DNA of 23,547 bases, from NCBI GenBank assembly GCA_024626585.2, contig JANKJI020000004.1:173709467-173733013 (forward strand). Direction: 5' to 3'. Of this stretch, positions 11,101 to 19,610 are shown one piece after another (position 1 is the first letter of the stretch; the number at the start of each line of letters is the position of its first letter). The notes below the pieces were generated by a model. That model did not search any database. It worked only from the letters and a program-made list of their open reading frames with translations, and was not told the origin of the DNA. Source of the DNA: Ginkgo biloba. Lineage: Eukaryota > Plantae > Ginkgophyta. The position numbers were made by a program, and so were the translations under genes.

Positions 11101-14100
11101 AATTGAAACCCATGCAAAATCTGGATCCCTGTCTGTTTATGTCCATTATGGACAAAGCCGAGCAAAGGATGCAAAGTTTCTTTTGGAGCATGATGTTGTC
11201 TTGACCACATATGGGGTTTTGGCGTCGGCATACCAGACTGAGGTAGGTTAATAATTTTCCAATTCTCATTAAATTGGCACTTAGGGCCAGTTGCAGAGCA
11301 GTCTTTGCCATTACAAGTATTAATCATTTCTTCTATATATTTGATATGAAATTAAGATAGTAATTGCTTGATTTGCAGAATCCCCAAGAAGAAAGTGTGC
11401 TTCATGCAATACAATGGTTTAGAGTGGTTCTTGATGAAGCGCATACCATAAAGTCCTCCAAATGCCACTCTTCTCAAGCTGCCTTTGCTCTTTTTGCTGA
11501 TTGTCGCTGGTGTCTAACTGGAACCCCCATTCAGGTATTTGCTTGACACATAGTGTTTTTATGAGAGCAAGGATTCTGCATAGCCTCAATATTACTCATG
11601 CTTTGTTTTTGATGCAGAACAATTTGGAGGACATCTATAGTCTGCTTCATTTCCTTCGGGTTGAGCCATGGGGTAATTGGGGATGGTATGCTTACCTATT
11701 GTATATTGCTCTTTTGTTTAGGTTTTTAATAAATTAGTAGTGATGATTGCATAGTTAATTTTTGTTTGGAATTCATACTGTCCTTGGAATCTTACAAGTT
11801 ACCTGGAGTTTTGTTTCATTCGTATGCACATAAATAGTTTGGTCATAGAGCTTAGAGATTAATCACATGAGACTTGGTGCACGACTGTGGAATGATAGTG
11901 TCAAGAGGTCTAAGATTGTTGGGTTAATATTTATAAATTTTGGGATTCACAAAGCAATGTGTTCGATCAAGTTTGAACTTCCATTTTGGTTGCTTTTGAG
12001 TTAAGTTTGAACCACTATTTTACCTTGAGCACATCTCCAAAGCATACATGAGGAGAGATGGTTAGGCCTGGATTGTTCAAAAATTTCAGAGGAAGTTGGT
12101 AGAGAAGGTAGCATTGACAATGGTCTTAGAACATTTGAAGGTGAGCCTTGAGGAGATTCTACTCTTTTAAGAACACATGAAATGCCAAAAATGATGATTA
12201 AAACAAGCATTTCGTTATTGGATGGTGTGAAATATGTATGGAATTGATGGTGCAACACCAATATAAAATGGTTTGGATTAAAAAAAAGAAAAATCTTCTA
12301 CATGTCTTGCTTAGAGGGAACAGTCAGAGAATGGAGGAAACAGCCAATGCTTTAAGCGACATCACTAAAGAGTAAATCATTTTGAGGGCTTGTGGACGAT
12401 AGTGAAAATGCAAGTCCCTGAATTGCAGGAATAGATTTGAACTTGTAGAAGGAAAGTTCTTGGAAGCCTTGTCATTAAATCTCTTTGCATAAGACAATGT
12501 GTTGGTGTCTTTTAAACTCAATGGCTAACTACATAATTAAACAAAGACAAGTTTCATTCATTCTTTGTTTGTGGCATTTAAGAACATTCCTAGGGCACCT
12601 AGTCCATTCTCATGGTGTCTTGGGATTACTCTCTGTCCTTCTGTTTCAATATTGTCAAATGTTGAAGCTTTGTGTATGTAAGTGCTCTTGCTTTGCTGGA
12701 TAGATCAAGCATGGTGAGATTCAGCTAGTATACCTGACTACCCATTTTTACCCTCCCTTCCCTGCTTGAATCTTGGTTTTTGCTAGAGCAAAGTTTCCGT
12801 TCAGAAAAAGCTTGAGGAGGTTGTCATCAGAAGGCAACTCATTAGCACACCTCAAGAGGAAGACGAGATTAAAATCGGTTTTATCCATGTTTTTAGCAAA
12901 GATGGTCTACCATGTGGCCATCACATTTTCTAGAGTGTAGTAAATCTATCTAGAACCTCCTAATGGCTACAGTTAACAAACTGAATTGTATTAGCTAGGA
13001 TCAATTGGCATTATTAGCCTAATCATTTTAATGAACTTTACTGTTAGGGTATTGCACTGAAGCTTATAGTTCATATCAGACATCTGCTTTTCCTATTGTA
13101 CAATGCAATCTTATTTCAAAGGCTAATTTGATCTTATAATACATAGTTATCATTGAGATATATACTGGATGGTGTCCAGGTGGTATAAACTGATTCAGAA
13201 GCCTTTTGAGGAAGGTGATGAACGTGGGTTGAAGTTGGTTCAAGCTATTTTAAGGCCATTAATGCTTCGGAGGACAAAAGATAGTACTGACAAAGAGGGC
13301 AGGTATGGCTCTACAGTTGAGCTTTGCTCTTGCTTTTGGTATTTCATCTGAGTGATTGCTGATATCTTGTTCTGTGTGTTCAGACCCATCCTTGTTCTTC
13401 CTCCCACTGATGTGCAAGTAGTTGAGTGTGAGCTTACTGAAGCTGAGAATGACTTTTATACAGCTTTGTATAAAAGGTCTAAGGTGAGTACTTGCGTTCT
13501 ATGTATGTGAAAATGAATTTCTGGATAATTTTTGTTGGATGCCATTTGTTGGCCTGAGATTGTTTTACTCAAGTACATTCAGTCTATCTGTGCTTGCAGG
13601 TTAAGTTTGATCAGTTTGTTGAACAAGGCAAAGTTCTTCACAATTATGCATCCATTTTGGAGTTGCTTTTGAGATTACGTCAATGTTGTGATCACCCTTT
13701 TCTTGTCATGAGGTAACTTTGTGGATTAGTTGCAAGTTCTTCAGAGTTATGCCCATCTTTTCGTTGTTTCCTGTTTACTTTCTTTTAGTTGCTACTATTT
13801 TCATATGTTGGAATTAGAGGCAATTACACTTAAACAATGGAGAAGCAAACAATTTTGCACAAAAGGGGCCTCTGTTTAATTGATACAGAGGAACAATTGT
13901 TAAAGGTAGTTGATAATAGCATGCTCTTTTATAGTATAAAAGTTATAGCTCTTTAAGCTCATAATGTTTTGAATCCTGGCCTTGTCACATTACATGTGAT
14001 CATATTTTGATCTTGATTGTGAAAACGAATGTCTACATATTTACTCCATTTTCAACAGCCGCGGTGATACACAGCAGTATACTGATATGAATAAATTAGC

Positions 14101-16923
14101 AAAGCGTTTCCTCAAAGGAAGCCAGTCCTCTGCTAATAGGGATTCTGATTCTGCTCCTACGAAAGCATATGTAGAAGAGGTGGTCGAAGAGCTCCGTAAT
14201 GGGGAAAGAGGAGAATGCCCAATTTGTCTTGAAGCAGTTGAAGATGCGGTGCTAACACCTTGTGCTCACCATATGTGCCGGGAATGTCTACTTGCAAGCT
14301 GGCACAACTCTTTGAGTGGCATGTGTCCCATATGCAGGTGACCAGTCTATTTCCTTTTATACAGTTCACTGATTTATGTTCTGTATGAATTGTGCAAAAT
14401 TTGCCCCCGGACTGATGTCCTGGTGAATACTTTTGTTCCATTGCAGAAAAACTGTAAGCAAACAGGGTCTGATCACTTGTCCAACAGATAGCCGATTTCG
14501 AGTAGATGTTGAGAAAAATTGGACAGAATCATCAAAGGTTTCAGCTCTTTTGAAACAGCTGCATGAACTCAAGGCATCGGGCTCTAAAAGCATCGTCTTT
14601 AGCCAGTGGACTGCATTTCTAGACCTGTTGCAGATACCTCTTACTAGGTGAGACATCATTACGTAAATATCCGCAGTTACAGTCCATGGAGTTTGCATTC
14701 ATCATTAGCATGTTTTTTGCTGACCGTAGGTTTAGTTGCCTTACCTAGAGGTCCCATGGAAGGGTGCCTCCAGATGTGTCTATGCGGGAATAATTAAGCA
14801 CTTGTAGGGACCCTTGTGCTGCTATAAGAGGAAGTTGTAGACCTGTGGATTGTGGATTTCTTAAACTGTTACAAGTTATCCGCAACTTCTGTGTTGCAGT
14901 TCTGGGCTGTTAATGCAAGCTGTTAATAAAGTTGCACGGATCATATCTTTGGTTTTCTGTCTACTATAAAATAGTAAGTATTTATTCCCACTTTTCCCTG
15001 GTAAGAGGAATTGTAGGAAAGATTGGATTGTTAAAGAGGACTCGTGGGAATGATTGTGGTTCTAAATATGAATTTAGGAACCCGAGGGTCTCTTGGGAGC
15101 CCCTAAACTGTAGGTGATAAACCCAGACCCCTCAACAGGAGCTGTTAGCCAATCATTTCCTAACCAAGCTGAACTGAATCGGCTTAGTTTGGTCTGGTCT
15201 GGTTTATATTGTTTCTTGAGTGCAAACCCTGCGAGACGTTTTGTTGTGCTGTGCTTTCTATCCCACGTTCACCCTATTTTAAATTCAATTTATTCTACAA
15301 GGGAGAGGCAATATATACTTGCATAGTGATTATGTATAATCACCATCCGGTCATTATTATTGGTCTGATTCCTTACAGTCTCCCTATTTCCCTCCATTCC
15401 TTTCTTCATTTTGCCCTTTTTCTTGATTTGCAGTTTTCTAATTTTTCTGCAAATATCCAATTTGGTGGGAGAAAACTATTTCTTGCATTGTATTTGGTAA
15501 TCATCCCAATTCTAGTACTTCATCATATTATTGGATTACTTCTGAAGTTCATTACATGAAATAATTTCATTGAGATTGCAGGATGAAGTTCCGGTTTGTG
15601 CGTTTAGATGGAACACTGAACCAACATCAGAGGGAAAAAGTGATTAAGGAGTTCAGTGATAATCCAACAGTTTTGGTATGCTGTACTTCTATTCTTTTAT
15701 GAGAATAGGTGCATTGATATTTTGCAAGATTTTAAATTGGTATTACTCTTATGCTTCTTTTTCTGTTGCAGATAATGCTAATTTCCTTGAAGGCTGGAGG
15801 TGTGGGAATAAATCTAACTGCAGCATCTAATGTGTTTCTATTGGTGAGTATCCCCCTTCTCAAAGAGACTAAAAGAAGGAAATCATGGGTACTGGATATG
15901 TGTACATGGGCATTCTATGTTTTTCCAAGCTGACATCTATCAACAGCTATACATGCCTTGGTTTGGTTTATTGTCACTTTCCATAGGGAGGGACATTGGA
16001 TTCACGTAGTTTGAACTACCTATTTCAATTGCTAATCGCAGACATACCACGAATCTCTTTTTGATCTTTGTTTAAACTTTGGCATATAGGGATTTGTGAC
16101 TATGTGGCTCTTCTTTCAACCTGCTAATTATTTTCTAGGGATTTCATGTTGCAAATTTGTTCTCAGTTGCTTCAAGAGAAAACTTAAGTGGCTATATATT
16201 ATCAATTGACTATATTTTTTAATTTTTTTCACAAAATAAAGGTGTGGATAATTTTTTCAAAAATAAAATATTAGCAATGCTTTATAATTTTTATAAAAAA
16301 TTTATGATGCAAGCCAACCAATTAGGCTTATATAAAATAATTCTATTTTTGAAATTTTCTATGGTCTTGTTTCTGGTTGTGACCACTTAAAAGTGTATGA
16401 CGTTTGATTATTTGACCATGGTTATTAATTTTCTTGTCTTTTTATTCTTTTTTATCTCATAAAATATTTGTATGATTTATATTGCCCTTATTGAAAAAGA
16501 TATGAAATTGATCTGGTGGTCTTTCTTGTTTTGGTAAAAAGGATCCATGGTGGAACCCTGCTGTTGAGGAGCAGGCCATAATGCGTATCCATCGCATTGG
16601 TCAAACAAAAAAAGTTTGTGTCAGGCGTTTCATTGTGAAGGTAATTTTCAAGAACACTGAAATTATATTGTATTGTGTATTCCTCTGCTCAGTCTGCACC
16701 CATTTGCATTCCTTCACTATTGTCATGTGGTCAGCATTTGTAACCAAATGAATGATTTAAAAAATAAAAATAAAAACCTGTATTTGTCATTGGTGTGTAG
16801 GGTACTGTAGAAGAAAGGATGCAGCAAGTTCAAGCTCGCAAGCAGCGGATGATTGCCGGAGCATTAACAGATCAAGAGGTCCGCAGTGCAAGGATTGAGG
16901 AGCTTAAAATGCTGTTTAGATAG
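7564..16923 (+). CDS. RAD5: DNA repair protein RAD5 (HIRAN + SNF2 helicase/ATPase + C3HC4 RING E3 ligase), 20 coding exons, 1069 aa
   Basis: Manually spliced join(7564..8199,8327..8460,8691..8826,9543..9596,9858..10010,10135..10286,10386..10470,10627..10911,11096..11242,11379..11534,11618..11685,13180..13302,13384..13483,13600..13712,14059..14337,14447..14647,15582..15675,15772..15843,16542..16640,16801..16923) = 3210 nt, open frame, all introns GT..AG with matching phases. Motifs: [10 protein letters not shown] (N-term), EIVRFST..GEIGRLP (HIRAN), [22 protein letters not shown] (I), TLIVCP (Ia), VVLDEAH (II), LTGTPIQN (III), [17 protein letters not shown] (RING), IVFSQWT (IV), [11 protein letters not shown] (V), [11 protein letters not shown] (VI), C-terminus [10 protein letters not shown]. 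Confidence 0.96.
8327..8460 (+). CDS. RAD5: RAD5 exon 2 ([16 protein letters not shown]...SILLSV; HIRAN)
   Basis: acacag|ATT acceptor, AG|gtaggc donor, conserved HIRAN sequence. Confidence 0.93.
8691..8826 (+). CDS. RAD5: RAD5 exon 3 (LYINNSIF...[17 protein letters not shown])
   Basis: ctgcag|G acceptor, AAA|gtaaga donor, [11 protein letters not shown] motif. Confidence 0.93.
9084..9161. repeat. 39-bp tandem duplication (2 copies, 1 mismatch) in RAD5 intron 3
   Basis: tttatcttattttccagtatatactgttcttgcat(a/g)aac at 9084..9122 and 9123..9161. Confidence 0.95.
9543..9596 (+). CDS. RAD5: RAD5 exon 4 ([18 protein letters not shown])
   Basis: ttctag|GCC acceptor, AAG|gtatgg donor, [11 protein letters not shown] motif. 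Confidence 0.92.
9858..10010 (+). CDS. RAD5: RAD5 exon 5 (EASGLSV...[18 protein letters not shown])
   Basis: gatcag|GAG acceptor, GAG|gttctc donor; phase 0-0; [10 protein letters not shown] matches the plant RAD5 linker. Confidence 0.85.
10135..10286 (+). CDS. RAD5: RAD5 exon 6 ([20 protein letters not shown]...LHPCWDAY)
   Basis: ttgcag|GAA acceptor, GA|gtatga donor. Confidence 0.94.
10386..10470 (+). CDS. RAD5: RAD5 exon 7 ([15 protein letters not shown]...QMARGG)
   Basis: ttacag|G acceptor, GGA|gtatgt donor. Confidence 0.93.
10627..10911 (+). CDS. RAD5: RAD5 exon 8 ([11 protein letters not shown] Walker A ... [14 protein letters not shown])
   Basis: tcacag|ATT acceptor, AAG|gtgtgt donor; SNF2 motifs I and Ia. 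Confidence 0.95.
11096..11242 (+). CDS. RAD5: RAD5 exon 9 (TEIETH...[17 protein letters not shown])
   Basis: gtacag|ACA acceptor, GAG|gtaggt donor; DVVLTTY motif. Confidence 0.93.
11379..11534 (+). CDS. RAD5: RAD5 exon 10 ([10 protein letters not shown] Walker B ... [10 protein letters not shown])
   Basis: ttgcag|AAT acceptor, CAG|gtattt donor; motifs II and III. Confidence 0.95.
11618..11685 (+). CDS. RAD5: RAD5 exon 11 ([22 protein letters not shown])
   Basis: atgcag|AAC acceptor, TG|gtatgc donor. Confidence 0.94.
13180..13302 (+). CDS. RAD5: RAD5 exon 12 ([13 protein letters not shown]...[14 protein letters not shown])
   Basis: gtccag|G acceptor, AG|gtatgg donor; MLRRTK motif. Confidence 0.94.
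13384..13483 (+). CDS. RAD5: RAD5 exon 13 (PILVLPPTD...[11 protein letters not shown])
   Basis: gttcag|A acceptor, AAG|gtgagt donor. Confidence 0.94.
13600..13712 (+). CDS. RAD5: RAD5 exon 14 ([10 protein letters not shown]...[15 protein letters not shown])
   Basis: ttgcag|GTT acceptor, AG|gtaact donor; [10 protein letters not shown] motif. Confidence 0.95.
14059..14337 (+). CDS. RAD5: RAD5 exon 15 (RGDTQQY... C3HC4 RING ...CPIC)
   Basis: caacag|C acceptor, AG|gtgacc donor; [31 protein letters not shown]. Confidence 0.95.
14447..14647 (+). CDS. RAD5: RAD5 exon 16 ([13 protein letters not shown]...SSKV...[20 protein letters not shown])
   Basis: ttgcag|A acceptor, AG|gtgaga donor; motif IV. 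Confidence 0.95.
15582..15675 (+). CDS. RAD5: RAD5 exon 17 ([31 protein letters not shown])
   Basis: ttgcag|G acceptor, TTG|gtatgc donor; RLDG motif. Confidence 0.94.
15772..15843 (+). CDS. RAD5: RAD5 exon 18 ([24 protein letters not shown])
   Basis: ttgcag|ATA acceptor, TTG|gtgagt donor; motif V. Confidence 0.95.
16184..16390. mobile_element. Candidate degenerate MITE (199-bp core) flanked by TTAA in RAD5 intron 18
   Basis: Left end TTAA-GTGGCTATA-N11-GACTATA; right end reverse-complemented TTAA-GTGGTCACA-N11-GACCATA; very AT-rich interior. Confidence 0.4.
16542..16640 (+). CDS. RAD5: RAD5 exon 19 ([21 protein letters not shown]...RFIVK)
   Basis: Atypical aaaaag|GAT acceptor, AAG|gtaatt donor; motif VI. 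Confidence 0.93.
16801..16923 (+). CDS. RAD5: RAD5 exon 20 ([14 protein letters not shown]...[10 protein letters not shown])
   Basis: gtgtag|GGT acceptor; TAG stop at 16921..16923; conserved plant RAD5 C-terminus. Confidence 0.95.
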   Translation, partial: GTVEERMQQVQARKQRMIAGALTDQEVRSARIEELKMLFR

Positions 16924-17780
16924 CAAGCAACTAATTTTGTGGCTGCCATAAGCTGCCACATGATTTTTGATATGTATATTCAATTAACAACCGGAAGTGT
17001 ATCGATATTTTTTTTTGCTGCATTTTTTGTATATTTCCATTGGATGTATTGTTGGATTTGCACGAAATGGATCCCTAGAAACAGGGAAGATATAATAACA
17101 TTTTGTGATTCCTTTGAGAAAGTACAAAGAATTGTATTTTCTTTAGCACAAGATATAAGCAAGTGCCGGTGAGGGCAGATTTGGGTCGTTGTTAGACGTG
17201 CTGTTCACATGATTTCAATACAGACGGTGCAGCCATAGATTGGCTGAGATAATTTCATCGTACAGGAGTTTTAATGGAAAAAGTTATTTGGTCAAATATT
17301 TGGCATTATTTTGATTTCATCTTCAAAAAAATGCCTTTTAGTTGAGTTCCAATGCTTTATAATGTCATATAGGTAAGTTGGAACGAGTTACACCACCGTC
17401 AACTTCCGATGGGAGCATGCTATGTTAGAGGTGATACTAATAGGTTAACTATTATTTTATGTTATGGTTTTGTGGAAAGGTTAACAAGGCGTAGATTGAT
17501 AGAGGCCCTTTTAAAAAAAAAAAAAAGCTGTGTGTGGCAATTCTTTATTTTTAACAAAATTCCATTTGGAAAAAAAATTATAGAAATAAAAAGTATATTC
17601 TTGGTGATTATGATTCTTTTTCTTTGCCCCACTTTAGAGGGGTGTGGCATTGTATAGATTAGTTTGTTTATCTTATTTGGAGGGTTTGATGTAATGTTGT
17701 GTTTAACAACTTCCCATTTTTTATTGTTTCCTTTTGGGAGTTGTTGAAGGTTGAATTTTAAGGAGGGATGCATTTCCCAT

Positions 17781-17854
17781 TTTAGTCATGCAAAGATAGT
17801 TATAAACAATCTCATCCTTAGGATCATATTTAGTCATGCAAAGATAGTTATAAA
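17781..17854. repeat. 26-bp exact direct repeat, 2 copies with a 22-bp spacer
   Basis: tttagtcatgcaaagatagttataaa at 17781..17806 and 17829..17854. Confidence 0.92.
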
Positions 17855-19179
17855 TAGTGTAAATAGTGTTTATTTAAAATGAAAGTAGAACGACCAATAA
17901 GTGATTCAAGAAGAAGAGTTTTAAGATGTTTAGGATTAAGGTGACTAGGGTGAAATTTTAGACCCAAATTGACAAAATGTTCAAGGGGTGGGGTGATGTC
18001 ATAAGAGCTCAAACCTCTAAAATATCAAAATAATTAGAGATGGAAAATCCTACAAAAGATGCTCAAATAACTAGCCTCATGGAATTTGAGCCATTAAGAA
18101 AAAGAGTGTTGATAAAGATAGAATTTGTGAATGCATCTAAGATGTAGTTGATGTGTTGCCACCCCTTTTGTTATGCGTGTAGGTGGGTAATACTCAAGGA
18201 TTGTTTAAAATCTATCCATGTAAAGGTTGTCACAGTGTTGTTGGTCTATAATTGGTTGTATTGTACAATGTATGGAAGAATTTAATTCTTAGAATATTTT
18301 ATCTTTTAGCCTTTTGTCATGCATCACACCTTTTCCTAGCATTGCATCTTTTTTTAGGTGTGTCGTGCCTTTTCTTGCCCATTGTTGTCAATTTTCCCTA
18401 CAACGTTATAACTTTTCCTTGCACATTCAAACTTAAGAAAGGAATTTTTGGCACTTTCAATTGAGACATGTGGTTGCATGCAAAATACTTGCATGTAAAC
18501 ATAGAATCTAAAAACAAAAAATATGATATGGTTAAAATGTAAGATAGATTTTATTATTAAATCTCTCATTTTTGTAAAATCCAAGGTGAGATTTCGTCTA
18601 AGTATGTTCGTACACAAGTGCATGAAATAGTGAATAATGTATCATGAAATTGGGGGGTATTTGTTACAGAACCATATTATTGTAACAAGATGTTGTTTGT
18701 GGATCTTGAATTAACATTTTGGGTAGATTAGGTCAAAGTAGCAATAAGTGTGCCTAGTTGTTATTAATAAAACATGTCGTCTTTTAGTTGTTAATAGGTT
18801 TGTTCCACTATTGATCCTCTCCTGGCTCCTTAATACTTAGAACTAGTCATCACCACCCTATATTTAGTTTGGACCCCTCTTGATCATTTTATTTTCTTAC
18901 TTATTTCATCCATTGTGTATTTTTTTTCACAATGGGGCCCATGTTGCCTATTGCACCTAACATCATTTATAAGAATGCCCTCTAATGATATATTGTTAGA
19001 GGATGTGCCCTTATGCAATGATCCTCTACGATTGTGTGTTATTTTACAACATCGATCATTTTTGAAAAAAAAATTAAAATTTTGAGAGAATTCTAAACAC
19101 CTTGTCTATTTTCTAGACAGACGAGGTTACCTTTGTGTCTTCTTGCATGGATGCATGTAATTCTTGTAGGGGCCTTATT

Positions 19180-19610
19180 GGCTAGCATCTCCTCCTTATA
19201 TTTGTTTTATAAGCCCCAAAAAGGCTCAAGGGAGGGGAGGTAATTGGTTCATTCTAGGGTTATGTTGCCAAATTTTTGTTGCAAGCTCTTCTCATAAGCT
19301 TTATCACAATAGCTCATCTTTGGTTTTCTAGTCCTTATCCTCTATTTTGTCTTCATTTTGGATTTCTCATCCTATTGCAATCTCTTTAGGTTTGTTGTCC
19401 TCAAGTCCTTCCCTTGCATTGAACCCTATGTTCTCATTCATATCCAATTCTTGGACCAACGGGTTAGAGGACTTCTTCAGGTTCATTTGTTCTCTCTCCA
19501 TCTTTGGATTTTGGTGTTGAGTTTGGATTCGAAGGAGGGAACTCATGGGAGGAACGATGGCATATTTAGTATTGCTCAATTGGTTTGATAACCCCCATTG
19601 CCCCAAAATC
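19180..19610 (+). mobile_element. Possible highly degraded L1 LINE reverse transcriptase remnant
   Basis: Across frameshifts and in the expected order: ICFISPK..GNW (cf. I.LIPK...NWRP), RV.DFFRFICSLSIFGFWC*VWIR (cf. DRV.W.FL...L...GF...WI), and ttggtttgataa..ccattgcccc (C>T-decayed S-V-R-Q..P-L-A-P). Confidence 0.35.

Noticed and set aside
10937-14698. Antisense ORFs overlapping RAD5 exons (10937..11311, 14157..14441, 14366..14698)
   Set aside because: Shadow ORFs of the coding strand with no motifs of their own.
1617-16923. Functional cluster of an exonuclease plus the RAD5 repair helicase
   Set aside because: The exonuclease copy is disabled and embedded in TE debris, and several N gaps (including a 100-N gap at 5883..5982, probably of unknown size) separate the two, so adjacency is likely incidental and not even certain.
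17781-17854. Repeat-spacer-repeat resembling a minimal CRISPR array
   Set aside because: Only two repeats, spliceosomal plant gene context, no cas genes; better explained as a local duplication.
5151-18518. Short similar motifs in inverted orientation on both sides of RAD5 (5151..5184 vs about 17985..18013; 5516..5534 vs 18501..18518), suggesting a giant TIR element carrying the gene
   Set aside because: Matches are short and AT-rich, and the motif order is not mirrored as a true TIR pair requires; more likely independent copies of common repeats.
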